NCBI GenBank assembly: GCA_030141605.1
Contig: JAQGDQ010000301.1
Location: forward strand, 186,001-250,000
Length of the DNA stretch: 64,000 nt
Reading direction: 5' to 3'
Source of the DNA: Tubiluchus corallicola
Taxonomy: Eukaryota; Animalia; Priapulida
Shown: positions 37,689-51,079 of the stretch, piece by piece
Layout: each line of letters starts with the position of its first letter
Numbering within the stretch: position 1 is the stretch's first letter
The notes under the pieces: generated by a model
What the model saw: only the letters and a program-made list of their open reading frames with translations
What the model was told of the DNA's origin: nothing
Databases searched by the model: none
Translations under genes and position numbers: made by a program

Positions 37689-38464
37689 GCTTTTCCTACA
37701 ACTATTTATTTATTCTCTGCAAACTTTTCGCTTAACAACTCATTAAACTTGCGAATTACGGTCACGAAGCTCACAGGGAGGGTAGCCCTTGGCGGGAAGG
37801 GGGGGGGACGACCGCTATGAAAAATCTAAAAGCTTGTTTAATGTAGCTTGTTTTTTTGATAAATAAAAACTGTATTACGAACAAAGCAGAAAACCAATTA
37901 GGATGCTAAAATTTGACTAGTATAGGAACTGCTCTATAATTGGCATCTTCAGAAATAGAAATTTCAAACATTACAAAAAGTACTGCTGTTATGGGCAAAT
38001 TGCCCAAATAATTTGTTTTTTCTTTTCCCGCACGAGGGAGACAAAACTGAAGGGGACGGATGGGAATTGCGAGCAGATTTGTCTGGTTTGTGGATAATGC
38101 AATGTGTTGTAATGTCGATACTGCAATTTTGATGTAAGGAATTAGTTTATGTTTTACGCTTCAATCCATAAACGGTGTGCGCAATTTGGCCGTGCGAAAA
38201 AATAAAGACGGCAGTGAACACAAAATGCAAGGAACTCTCGTGTTTTGCTGTAACAACAACTGCTTTTATGTGATATTATATTAGTGTCACGCGCAACGAA
38301 ATCTTATAGAAATAATATGTTGTTTTTGTTTTTGTTTTTTGCAAATATTTTAGTATGAGCTGCTGGGATTTTATTGATAGTTTTCAAAGATGGCTAATCT
38401 TGGACCTGATGTCTGGCGTGGTGAGCGGCAAAATGGCACAAATAGAAACTAGAACAAATAGAAC

Positions 38465-38470
<6 letters not shown>

Positions 38471-38506
<36 letters not shown>

Positions 38507-38536
38507 TGCGTGCGTGCGTGCGTATATATATATATA
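38471..38536. repeat. (TG)n / (GCGT)n / (TA)n compound microsatellite
   Basis: Read directly from the sequence. Confidence 0.9.
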
Positions 38537-38559
38537 CGTGGTTTGAAAAATTGCTATTA

Positions 38560-38720
38560 GCATTCAATGCTGTCGGGAATATATTCACAGATTCACAGTG
38601 GAAGGAGTCTGAACTGTTAGCGAAAAATGTCCAGGTTTCACTGTCATGCAGCAGAATCGACATCACTGCAGTTAGTATTGCAACACCGATGGGTGAAGCC
38701 AGCTTGCTTAGGATGGCATA
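38560..38720 (-). pseudogene. RTE-type LINE ORF fragment (tentative)
   Basis: SILLHDSETWT resembles the VLLYGSETW motif of RTE LINEs. Confidence 0.4.
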
Positions 38721-41700
38721 GGAGCATATGATGGCAATTTATGTACGGGATGGGATGAGTATATAGGTACTATGTTTTTGTAATGAACTAAGAACAGTAA
38801 AGAACAACGAAGAACTAAAAATATATCTAATAAGATGGCATCTAATAAATAATCTACTATGTGTATCTTGTGGGCTTTGTGTCCCTAGCCAGCAGCCAAG
38901 CTATTGATCGACAGGTGAGCTAGGACTGGAAATAGGATAGGAGACAGGATAGGAAAGAAGTCATTTTTGTTCAGTACGCCGTGTCGTTTTATAACAAAAT
39001 TTTGTCAGACGAGTTCTCTCCAGCAAGTTAGTAAGATGTAAGCTTGATTTCTTTGTAGTTCATAATATTATTATTCATTTTCATTATAGCAGTTAATTAA
39101 TTTTTTTGACATTGGATTAGCAGAAACTGTTTTTATTTGGTTCAGATAAAACGAAGTCGAGTCGCACATAATATGTCAGTCAATCAGTCAGTCTGTCACT
39201 ATGTGATAGTGATTTTGGAATGAGACGATGATTGCCCATTTTGGACAATAAAAAATCATAAATTGCATCTAAAAAACTGTTGGACTTGTATTCAGCGCAT
39301 GTCGCCCACACTGGGCGTACAGGGTAAAATATCGATCAAAGAAGAATTATCGTATAAATGTAGCTAAAGCTGAAAATAAAAAAGTACGAACTACTGCACA
39401 ACAAGTTTGTTCAGATCTGTATTGACAAAGTTTATCAGTAATAAGTTGTTTATAAAATATGAAAAAATGAATAATCAAGTATTGTTATGCTGCAAATTTT
39501 ACGTTACTGTATAAAAGCCCAACCAGACATTTACAAATATAACAATTTTGGCAATACAAGCGTCCTACAGGAAGCCAAAGAAGTTTTGTGTAACGGCATG
39601 AAAAGGTTAATGAAAGTACAAATATTTACTGTACAAGGGTCCTCACTGAAGTGAATCCAAGTCGGCACCTGTTAGCAGATATTATTAAATGCGTACAGTA
39701 TACAATAGTCAAACATGGTGACTTCTGGTCAATTAATTTAAGCAGCTTGTGTATTTCTAACAAAAGCAGCATTATTCATGTATAATGGGAAATTTAACAA
39801 AAGTCTATCAAAAATACTATTATGTTAATACAAAGGACCTGTATTGCTAGTATCAATCGAAAAAATGTCAACATGTCTCGCATTGACGATATACACTTGT
39901 ACGCGAAGTACTGCACAACTAACTGTTGAATAGCCTAATAAGTTTGAAAAGAAGGGTGGATTTAATCTCAAAGATTACACTCACTCGCGAAAATGCCGAA
40001 CACGAAAAAATAAATTAACTTAAACTAGTCTGTAATGTATGCGCTCAAACCAAAGTTGCGTTCCCATATCTATGTTAGTTTATTCTGCAAAAATACAAAT
40101 TTTCTGTAGTCTACAATTACTACATTTACAAATCTACTGATATAAAAGTGCTAGAAAATAAAATGGTACAGATTACTGCGTTACAGTAAAAAGCTAAAAA
40201 TGCGTACATACATTGTTGGTCCAATACTGAGTCGAGAAAAGGCCAGAATGTCACTAAAAGGTAGCAGTATAATTATAAGTCAAATTTTTAAATGTAACAA
40301 AGACGTGTGTACATGACAAGTTCCACCTATACAATGTCAGAGTAGAAAAAGTAGTCTAGAGGTTGAGCTACAGTCTAATATATTGTGGCTTCTAATGCAT
40401 ATACTACCTTGAGAAGAGGTAATGGACCAAAACATTTGCACCTGCAACATAGTCTATGGTATGATTTTGCGACCTACAGACTAGAATCCTGTTTTAGAAC
40501 TAGTGCCTTTGACCTCTGGCCATCAATCATGACTGTAGAGATTTATAGACAATTAGTGAATATCATAGACCAGAGGCGCCTTTGTCTCTGTTAAGGGAGT
40601 TCCTAATCGTTTTGCGGCAGTTGAACTTGTCACATATACTTGTCACCTGTTCTGTTTTGGATCAGCGTAAATGTTGTTTCGCATGCGTTTGATTCTTGTT
40701 CTAATTGCAGTTTTTCATCTGACGGAATGTACAGGTATGTAATAATGTAATGTAATGATTTTATATTCACGCGTTTTGAAATTTATTGGGCACTTTAGAC
40801 AATTTTTTGCTTTATCCTGAGTGCAACCGACAGAGGCGATGTTTCCTGGTGCAACTATAAGCTTGTACATTGTATAAGTCATGTGCGTGCGTATGTGTGC
40901 GTGTGTGTGCGTGTGCTTGTGAATGCACGTATAAATTGCATGCGTGATCCAACGATCGCTAAAAATTCTTTTTGACCCCTGCTGTACGTGTTAGTAGTGT
41001 TAGCAGACAAGTAGGTTGTATTAATACTAAAATAACTCTAATTATACAGGGCGTTTCATAAGTCCTTTACCGGCCAACTAATGATAAACTCATGCTATTA
41101 ATTGTAATTCTGTATTCTGTCTACGTTTCAAGTTTTCACTGTACTCTTTTGCTACCATGCTGACTCTAAATCAGAGGCATAAAAGCTACGTGGCTGTCAT
41201 ATAGAAACAGGCGTGGTATATTTTTATTTATACAGTATTTACAGTAAAATTTTAATACTTTACAGCAAAATCTTATTGATTTATCCACAATTTTTATTAT
41301 TTATTTATTATTATTATTTGTTTGAGTTTCGGTAAATAGTTCGACATGTATTAAAAATATATACTGCAAGTACTGTAGGTACTGGGAAAGCCACACCTGT
41401 CCTTCAAGAAGTGCTTACTTTGGAAACTAGATTGTCGTTGTTGCAGTGAATAGCGAAATTCCATAAAATCTTGATAGTATTCCCAGAAGTCTTTATTTCT
41501 GTTCAAATAAAATGAAATTACAAAACTGTGAGTTCAAAATAGATTTTGATTTCTTCTAATTCATCCAAATAACAAATAACCAAAAACAAAGAGTATGAAC
41601 AAATCAAACGTCACGTTAGACAATTACTGATGTTGCAGTTATTCTGTAAAAACTTATTACTTGAACTCAAAATAGAACATTGTGATAAAATGTATATTAT

Positions 41701-43379
41701 GTTAGCTTATGTTTAACAAAGTAATTATTCGTATAATTCAAAGTAATTATCAACACTTACATTGTTGCGGCTATAAAAACATTAAGGTGATGAAGCAGAT
41801 CTTGAATCTTGAAAACAAAAATATTGGCAAATCAGGAACGTGTCAACATAAATCATGGCAGTCTGACTACTGCTGCTCAAGCCAATTCACCTACCCAACC
41901 AGGTGAAATAGGTGGCAGTTCTTAAACAAGTACATCAATTTTCTGCTAGATATTAAAGCAAAGTGAAGCAAATTTTCGCCTAATGCAGAGAGGCTGCCAC
42001 AGTTGTCCTATTTTACTTTGACGGCTTCAGTCGACACGTATTTCGTTGTGAAGTAAAAACGTTTTCTCGGTTCGTTTCACTCGCGGACTATGCTACAATT
42101 TGACAATTGGCATTTTCATAACTGTGATTATAGTTAATGGAAAATTTGGAAATAAACGTTGTTGGGCAAAGCCGTTGTGTGGACAAATCACAAGCTATAG
42201 TCAAATGGATACTTGGCACTGCTTTCTTAATTCATTTACGATGAACTACTGTTCACATAGAAAGTTGAGCTGAGCATCACTGCATAAATTAACCTAACGC
42301 CAATATGGAACCTAATGCATTCTCTATTTTGCCACTACCTCACCTACTACAGAGTACAAACTTAGTTTCCAGTGATGTCACTGTGATTTTATGTAGTATG
42401 CCAACGAACAGTGAACCGTAGCAGTGTGGACAAGTCTTTCCTTGCGCCTCCTGGGTAAAGGGTAATTAGCGTGTACCTAGTTTACTTGTTCCTGCGTATG
42501 TGTGGCTTTAACTTGATTTTGTCTTGTGTTTAGTTTTCTTCCACGTGGTAAGCAATACTAAGTTTACTAAGTTGTAGTATTTGCTCGTGTGATGTTTAAA
42601 ACTATAACATGATCTAGTCTTGTTTTATCTTGACAATAAAACAATTTTGCTCAAACGGTAGAATAAAAGATCTCGTTGTCTGTTAGAAGTTTTAGAAAAG
42701 TTTTTGCGACACGCAATCATTTCGTAATTTTAAAGCTGCCTCTTGATTAATTTTTAAAGCATTTTTGTGATCGCAAATTGGCCACTAAATTTTCTTTTAC
42801 TGCGCGCAAAATTAGGCGTTTTTACCGTGCAGTTTTTACGAATATTTAAAAAGCATTTAAATAGTAACATTTCAGTAACAATTATTAGAACAATGAAAAG
42901 AAATCACTATTAAAAACAAGAAAGAGGGAAAGAACTCGACGTTTCAAACTACCACTATCATTTTTTCTATTTTGTCCTTTTTTCTCCTGAAAAGAACTAC
43001 AGTGGTAGTTTGAAACGTTGTTTTCTTTCTTTCTTCCGTGTTTTTTTTAAATTATGAGATTTTTTATTCTTTGTACTAAAAGAACTTATCTGCACCAGCA
43101 GAACGAATTCTATAGCGTACCGTATAGGATATTTTAATATCTAGCAAACAAAACTTTCGATGCTAGTTTCTTAAAATTGCACATAATTTACATAACAATT
43201 TGAACTACTTTGCAAAATTATTACGGAATGGGTGAAATTCAGTTATTAAAATTGTAATATCAATAATGACCATCAGTAACTGAAGCTATCTAGGACAAAT
43301 TAGTGTTATGTCTGAGATATATTTGAATGTCTTACTTTTTGTAAATTTAAATTAGCTCGCAGAATAATTTTGGTTTCAG

Positions 43380-43532
43380 AAATCCGTGGCAGAATATGGA
43401 AAGACCTTTCCTCTCATCAGTCAGACAATTCTTCACTAGAGGACGTTTGTTCGAGAAGAGTTCCAGCACTTATCCCCAGTCTCTTCTCCAATGTTACACC
43501 TGTAATCAACTTTGCGTTACCTGGTCAAATAG
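43380..43532 (+). CDS. TTLL4: TTLL4-like tubulin glutamylase, first confidently placed exon
   Basis: PALIPSLFSNVTPVINF parallels TTLL4 PALIYSLFPNVPPTIYF; tttcag/gtaaaa boundaries. Upstream exon(s) unresolved. Confidence 0.8.
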
Positions 43533-43557
43533 GTAAAATTGTTCATGCTGTATTTAT

Positions 43558-43558
43558 T

Positions 43559-43592
<34 letters not shown>
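43558..43592. repeat. (GTA)n microsatellite
   Basis: Read directly from the sequence. Confidence 0.9.
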
Positions 43593-43593
<1 letters not shown>

Positions 43594-44278
43594 TATTGTT
43601 CCATATAGTGTGTTGCACAGTTTTTACTGGAAGGGACTTTAAAGACTGCAAGACAAGATTTAGTGTGCATTCACGTTTCAAGCTTTCACGATTCGCTGGT
43701 CTAAAACGCTGAACAAAACTTATTATCGTTAGTTGATTTCTGGAATAGGTAATTTTTCGTGTTAACGAGGTTTACTTATTAAAAGAAGCAACCTGGCAAC
43801 ACTCAAAAATGCTTGACCCAACACGATGGCGTGCACAAATGGATTTTATTTCACAGTGTCACTTTGTGTCTATTTTAAAGACAATCTTATTGCAAAATTT
43901 TAGTAACTTTCGATTACTTATTTTGGGGTGTGCTTCATATAGACAGACAAATAATCTTATGCCAAACCATCTTGACCTTTGATGTTGACCCTTTCACCTC
44001 GTAATATACATATCCATTCTTCACATTGGCCTTTAACGTGTGACCTCGCAATAAACCACGCTTATTTCTTTCATTGACCTTTGACCTTTTGACCATGTAA
44101 TGTACCATATTTACTCCTAACATTGAACTTTGACTTGCGAGGTCACAATATACCAGCGATAATGATATTTGACCCCGCAAGAAGCTACATCCACTCCTAA
44201 CATTCACCTTTCACCTTTTTGTCTATGTAATGTCCATGTTTATAACACTCTTACCGGGGTTTCTTTCCATTTTCACAG

Positions 44279-44386
44279 CTGATGAACTTCCTGTGCACAT
44301 GAAGAAATTTCTGAAATTTAAGGTTAGGAGAAATGAATCAGCTCTTGTAAAAGCTATTCTCTGGCATTCCAACTTTCATTTAACAG
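44279..44386 (+). CDS. TTLL4: TTLL4-like exon
   Basis: DELPVHMKKFLKFKV...LVKAILWHSNFHLT parallels EKLP..RKLLRWKM...IVKQTIGRSHF; phase 1/1. Confidence 0.82.
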
Positions 44387-44689
44387 GTAGGTGTGTTCTT
44401 CGTAGAATATCACACTGTCTCCTATTATGTTTTCTTATAAAGCTCTTAAAGGGCCTCATGTTTAAAAAAGGAAAAAATGGGAATTTTATAGCATATCCCG
44501 GAAAAGCATAACCAGGAAACTTCTCGGACAACAAAAAATTATTTAGCATTACGCTTAACTGTTAGAAAGACATGAAATTGCAAAAGAAAATTATTAGTAA
44601 TTTAAAATGTTGGCACTAACTCAGAAAGCATCCCTTTTTCGGCTCCCGGTATGGCAGTCCATTTACCAAAAAAAAAAACGCGTCATCTT

Positions 44690-44980
44690 ATTTTTCATTT
44701 CTTTTGTGTAATTTTGATTTCTTGTTCTAAATTTTTGATTTCTTGTAGATTTCGTGTTGTGCTATTTTGACTTCTTGTCCAATTTTGATTTTTCGTTGTG
44801 CATTTTTGATTCTTGTTTTGCAATATTTGGTTTTTTGTTGTGCATTTTTAATTTCTTTTTGTGAGATTTTTGATTTCTTGTTGTGCAATTTTTTTTCGTT
44901 GTGCATTTTTGACTTCTTGTTGTCAATTTTGATTTTTCGTTGTGCATTTTTGATTCTCGTTGTGCAATTTTTGGTTTATA
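44690..44980. repeat. ~21-bp T-rich minisatellite, block 1
   Basis: Unit approximately ttgtgcaatttttgatttcttg. Confidence 0.85.
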
Positions 44981-45504
44981 TATTGACAATATAACTAATA
45001 CTTTTGTTTAGTTGGCGAATTGTGTGCTACGAGTGGACTGGTTATTTCTTCAAAGTTTACCTAATGTATAAACTGGTTTCAAACAACTTACTGTTAAAAT
45101 GGCTGTACCTATGGGTCATTACGACAGTTTTGCATACCATTGCTGCTAATACAAGCACTTTATGCAATAGAACAGCATGTAAGTGTTACAAAATTTTAAG
45201 GCCTATTTATGAAGAGCGTTTTCTTGTCCTGTAACTTAACACAGGTGCAAACCAATCACAGTTTAGAAAATACGTAATTTGGTGGCATTGAAGTTGTATA
45301 GATCCTTCTACTAAGTGCCATTTCTTTGCATCTATTAAAGTTGAACTGTTTAAAATGTCTTAAGAACTAGCACGATGCCAGCTTTCTGATAACCGGTTAG
45401 AGTAACATCAACCTTTTTTGGTGATCCTTAATATCAATCACTTGTAACCGGTTACGGACGCTGTTTGTTGTTTCTGGTTGTTTGTTGTCCGATGTCGACT
45501 CGAT

Positions 45505-45850
45505 TTGCTGTGCACTTTTAATTTCTTGTTGTACATTTTTCATTTCTTTTGTGTAATTTTGATTTCTTATTCTAAATTTTTGATTTCCTGTTGTGCATTG
45601 TAGATTTCTTGTTGTGCAATTTTGACTTCTTGTTGTCCAATTTTGATTTTTGTTGTGCAATTTTTGGTTTTTTGTTGTGCATTTTTTGGTTTTTTGTTGT
45701 GCATTTTTAATTTCTTGTTGTGCGATTTTTGATTTCTAGTTGTGCATTTTTGACTTTCTGTTGTGCATTCTTCATTTCTTTTTGCGCATTTTTGATTTCT
45801 TGTTGCGCATTTTTGATTTCTTGTTGTGCAATTTTGATTTTTGATTTTGA
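45505..45850. repeat. ~21-bp T-rich minisatellite, block 2 (duplicate of block 1)
   Basis: Same unit and a similar order of variants as 44690-44980. Confidence 0.85.
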
Positions 45851-45952
45851 AAAGGGGTCGAAGTGCTCTTTCTTGAGCAACCCTCATGGGCTCACTTAAA
45901 TAAGATGGCACATTTTTATGTAGCAAGTGTCGTGCTTTTTTATTTCCTTCAG

Positions 45953-46038
45953 AAAAGAAAGGCGACAATACCTGGTTAGGATGCTGGTGTTATCGAATAA
46001 GCAACAAGAGATATAAACGCTCAAAGCATTACCAAAAG
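45953..46038 (+). CDS. TTLL4: TTLL4-like exon
   Basis: DNTWLGCWCYRISNKRYKRSKHYQK parallels DDWLGCWGHHM...HQK; ccttcag/gtatgg boundaries. Confidence 0.82.
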
Positions 46039-47099
46039 GTATGGAAACTATTGCACTGTTACTAGAGGAGGTCAAAGTCTTAATGTTTTCATTTGTATAA
46101 CTACTGGTGTAAAGGGTAATAGTCAACTGGTCACTGAGAGTATTTATTAACCAAAGTTAAACAAGGCTGAGTACAGTAAGCAAATGTATGGTTGAATCCT
46201 GGAAATGGACGGTTTTTGACGGCTTTATCCGCCATGTTTCTCTCGTCTATTTATCTCGTTGCGGGAAGATGTTTGCTCATGTCAATGTATTTTAAACTCC
46301 TCCTCTCCCAGTTCAATGACTTATCTTAGCCTTATATGTTGTCCTTGATAACAAACCAATTCTGGTGCCACAATAAACGGATTAAAGGGGAAGACAAGGG
46401 AATGTTAAAGTGTGTCCCAAAAAAACATTAGTTATGTTACTTAGCATTACCCTTAGCAGTTTGAAAGATTTATGATGTATTATTAATCTTATTTACAAGA
46501 TGATGTAATTTCTACTTTTTTTCGGGATAAAGGTCTTTAAAATTACATCTCCTGAACTTACACTATGAACTTTAAAAGTTCATACAATATAAAGAACACC
46601 GTTTACTTTAGATCTTTTATGCGTATAAAGAAAAATAAGCGATTTTTAAGTTATTCATAGCTTAAATTTCGTGATAATTATATTGTTTATTAAGATATTA
46701 TTAACCAAACTGCATCGAGCAATTTTTCTAAATGTCTTATAAGTAGTTTAAAGTAAGTGAATGACTGGTAGGCTCAGTACAAGGAGACACACTTATTGCT
46801 ACAGACAAAATAAGCAACACACTTATTGCTACAGACAGCATACAAATGTTTTATAATTGGCAGAATCACATTCACAGGTGGTTAATGGGTAATTGCCATG
46901 TAGTGTGTGAGGGTGAAATCTGTTCACAGTTCTAGACGTGTTTTCGTCTGAAATTCCAGGCCTCTGCAATAAAAGCTGCGGAACTAAAAGCCCGTGTAAA
47001 TCTCAGCATTGATACTAGAGAGGGTGTGAAAGAAGACGCAACCAGCCGTCTGAGAAATTTCAATCTGAAGAGAAATGACTACAACGTGTTGTTGATACT

Positions 47100-47472
47100 T
47101 CATACTTCTTCGAAGAATTGTGAATGTCTGGGTAGTTTACTAGGCACTGAAGCTGACATAGCACACAGAAAACTGCTAGCCTTGGCTGCATATTCTAAGC
47201 TTACAAACGTCTTGGAAACTCCGAACCTCACCACAGAAACTAAATTGCATATTTTGTCATCACTTGTAGAAACCTGTACATGCATACATATGTGTGTTCT
47301 TGTGAATTGTGGATTGCCAAAGTTGCCCAGAAAATGGAACAGATGCTTTCTGAAGGCGTCTGAACAGAAGGGTATGAGATGACCAAAGAAATCTGAAACC
47401 CGGATAAATATCAAATCAAATCAATAAACAAGAATCAAGGGAGAGAGGTTAAACAGAAGCGTACACTTAGAT
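47100..47472 (+). pseudogene. RTE-type LINE ORF C-terminal remnant
   Basis: CLGSLLGTEADIAHRKLLALAAYSKL...TKLHILSSLVE parallels YLGS...DI..R...A..AF..L...TK; it runs into LRWIGH at the start of the array. Confidence 0.75.
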
Positions 47473-49316
47473 GGATTGGACATGCCACCAGATTACCACA
47501 AGATTCTTCACTTACTGCAGCATTACGTCAAGCACTAATACCTGGGAAGAAACCAAGAGGAGGACAGCTGGATTGGACATGCCACCAGATTACCACAAGA
47601 TTCTTCACTTACTGCAGCATTACGTCAAGCACTAATACCTGGGAAGAAACCAAGAGGAGGACAGCTGGATTGGACATGCCACCAGATTACCACAAGATTC
47701 TTCACTTACTGCAGCATTACGTCAAGCACTAATACCTGGGAAGAAACCAAGAGGAGGACATGCAGATTGGACATGTCATCAGATTACCACAAGATTCTTC
47801 ACTTACTACAGCATTACACCAAGCACTAATATCTGGGAGGAAACCAAGAGGAGGACAGCTGGATTGGACATGCCATCAGATTACCACGAGATTCTTCACT
47901 TACTGCAGCATTACATCAAGCACTAATACCTGGGAAGAAACCAAGAGGAAGACATGCAGATTGGACATGTCATCAGATTACCACAAGATTCTTCACTTAC
48001 TGCAGCATTACGTCAAGCACTAATACCTGGGAAAAAACCAAGAGGAGGACAGCTGGATTGGACATGCCACCAGATTACCACAAGATTCTTCACTTACTGC
48101 AGCATTACGTCAAGCACTAATACCTGGGAAGAAACCAAGAGGAGGACAGCTGGATTGGACATGCCATCAGATTACCACGAGATTCTTCACTTACTGCAGC
48201 ATTACATCAAGCACTAATACCTGGGAAGAAACCAAGAGGAGGACATGCAGATTGGACATGTCATCAGATTACCACAAGATTCTTCACTTACTGCAGCATT
48301 ACGTCAAGCACTAATACCTGGGAAGAAACCAAGAGGAGGACAGCTGGATTGGACATGCCACCAGATTACCACGAGATTCTTCACTTACTGCAGCATTACA
48401 TCAAGCACTAATACCTGGGAAGAAACCAAGAGGAGGACATGCAGATTGGACATGTCATCAGATTACCACAAGATTCTTCACTTACTGCAGCATTACGTCA
48501 AGCACTAATACCTGGGAAAAAACCAAGAGGAGGACAGCTGGATTGGACATGCCACCAGATTACCACAAGATTCTTCACTTACTGCAGCATTACGTCAAGC
48601 ACTAATACCTGGGAAGAAACCAAGAGGAGGACAGCTGGATTGGACATGCCATCAGATTACCACGAGATTCTTCACTTACTGCAGCATTACATCAAGCACT
48701 AATACCTGGGAAGAAACCAAGAGGAGGACATGCAGATTGGACATGTCATCAGATTACCACAAGATTCTTCACTTACTGCAGCATTACGTCAAGCACTAAT
48801 ACCTGGGAAGAAACCAAGAGGAGGACAGCTGGATTGGACATGCCACCAGATTGCCACAAGATTCTTCACTTACTGCAGCATTACATCAAGCACTAATACC
48901 TGGGAAGAAACCAAGAGGAGGACAGCTGGATTGGACATGCCATCAGATTACCACGAGATTCTTCACTTACTGCAGCATTACATCAAGCACTAATACCTGG
49001 GAAGAAACCAAGAGGAGGACATGCAGATTGGACATGTCATCAGATTACCACAAGATTCTTCACTTACTGCAGCATTACGTCAAGCACTAATACCTGGGAA
49101 GAAACCAAGAGGAGGACAGCTGGATTGGACATGCCACCAGATTACCACAAGATTCTTCACTTACTGCAGCATTACATCAAGCACTAATACCTGGGAGGAA
49201 ACCAAGAGGAGGACAGCTGGATTGGACATGCCATCAGATTACCACAAGATTCTCCACTTACTACAGCATTACATCAAGCACTAATACCTGGGAAGAAACC
49301 AAGAGCAGGACAGCTG
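47473..49316 (+). repeat. 97-bp tandem satellite, 19 copies, derived from LINE coding sequence
   Basis: Unit ggattggacatgccaccagattaccacaagattcttcacttactgcagcattacgtcaagcactaatacctgggaagaaaccaagaggaggacagct; 1843 bp / 97 = 19 copies. Confidence 0.95.
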
Positions 49317-49780
49317 ATCACATATTTGCATGTTCTGAAGAAAGATTAAATAATCCATTTGACCTAAACAATAATGGCATCAAATCGGAACACAAAGCAT
49401 CTAAAATGATGATGATAACCACGACGATGACGTCGACGGCGATGACGACCACCACCACCGCCACGACCACCACCACGACCACATCTATATTGTTTAGAAA
49501 CTGAACTAAAATCTGTGCATTATTTTCTTGCATTGCTGTTTTCCGACAATGGCCTTAGACTAAATGGCCAAAACGCAAAATTTTAGCAATGTCAAAGTGT
49601 TTTATGTTGGTGTTTGTCATGATGTGGATACTTAAAGTTGCAGTTCTTTCACAGCAGTGTATCGTTTCTTCACACATTTACTTTTATTAGTTATGGAGCA
49701 GCCCATGCAGATGTCAATTTTTCTGATCAACTGTGCACATGTTAGTATTTGTATATGTAATACATAGCCAATCTTTGCAG

Positions 49781-49966
49781 TACGATCATTTTCCTGGAGA
49801 AAACATGCGCAAAGATACCACATGGAGGAACTACAAAGCGATGCGTTCCAAGTTTGGGTCAGAAGAGTTTAACTTCATGCCCCTAACCTTCATTTTACCA
49901 AAAGAACTGAGAGAATATCGAAAGTTTGTGGCAAATCACCCAGACAAACTGTGGATTCTGAAACCG
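49781..49966 (+). CDS. TTLL4: TTLL4-like exon
   Basis: YDHFPG...RKD..WRN...FNFMPLTFILP...WILKP. Confidence 0.9.
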
Positions 49967-50419
49967 GTTTGTAGAAATAGTAGTAGGTAGCTGCATATCT
50001 AGAGTGTTTGATATTGTTACTCAGTTGTGTTCAATAGCCCAGGTTAAACAACACAACTAGAAAGACGCATCTCAGCATGTCTACTAAAATAAGGTTGAAA
50101 AAACACAGATATTTCCGCTTTCTCTGTTGCCATTTTCAAAGTGCAATATGACAGATCTTTTTGCATTAACCAATAATACCCACCAAAAATCTACTTCAAC
50201 AGTTTTGGCTGATAGCAGTATTTGATGTTGGAGGGAAAAAGCAGTTACTGTGCGCACTGAAAATGGCAATTAGGGAATATATGCCGAAATACACGTGTTC
50301 TTCTAACTTTGTTTTAATCGTTGTGTTGAGATATAGGCCCATCATTCTTAGAGCAAGCAATCTCCTCTAGCGTATGTTTAAACTTAATTAATTAGAAGTT
50401 CAGTAAACAACAAGACAAG

Positions 50420-50910
50420 AGTCAAAACTAGCGTTATCAAAACCGTGACCTTTCTGGTGTACTGTTGCACCCATCTTTAGACTACATTGCACCGAGTCAA
50501 CAACAAGCAACAGTCATATCTAAAAATCTAGATAATGAGAACAAATGTGAACATGATGACGAGACACAAAAAACAGATCGCACACCTAGCGAGGTTGTCT
50601 GGTAACAAAATTTATCCGGAAGAAAATCTGTTATAGACTCACACGGTACAGTTTACAATAAATTTGTTAAAAAGTCAAAAGAACTGTGTCAAAAACAATT
50701 TTTCAAAGAGCTCTATACCAATAGTGTGAGTTTTTATGCTCTTTTGTGTTTGTTGCTGCTATGAAGTTGTTTACTTGTGACAGTTGTTGATTGTTTACTT
50801 AATGCACTTGAATTTTCACGTGCTCGTAAATAGTCTCATGGAAGTCTTAAATTTGCTAGAACAATATAACAGAAATGTCACGGTTTTTAATAAAATTGTT
50901 TTCAAAACTA
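50420..50910. mobile_element. Decayed inverted-repeat element
   Basis: aaaaccgtgacctttctggtgtactgtt (~50440) vs aacaatataacagaaatgtcacggtttt (~50860-50888) are imperfect reverse complements. Confidence 0.4.
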
Positions 50911-51079
50911 GCTTGAGCACTGCCTTTTTGTTATTAGTGTAGTTTGGGGACCACACAGTGCAAATTTTCAACACGCAATGCAATCTAATCCTAAACGAAT
51001 AGAACAAAATAACTACTGAAGATCTCAACGTAAAATTGTGAAAATAAATATTAAACGTTAGTAATAAATCGGTAAAAAC

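Noticed and set aside
40700-42460. Candidate first coding exons of the TTLL4-like gene (donors near 40735, 41903, 42454)
   Set aside because: No ATG-initiated frame matches the phase-1 acceptor at 43380; left unresolved.
47473-49316. Regular repeat array as a CRISPR locus, or as genes for 87-aa proteins
   Set aside because: There are no unique spacers (pure tandem units), the context is eukaryotic, and the ORFs arise from the 97-bp period.
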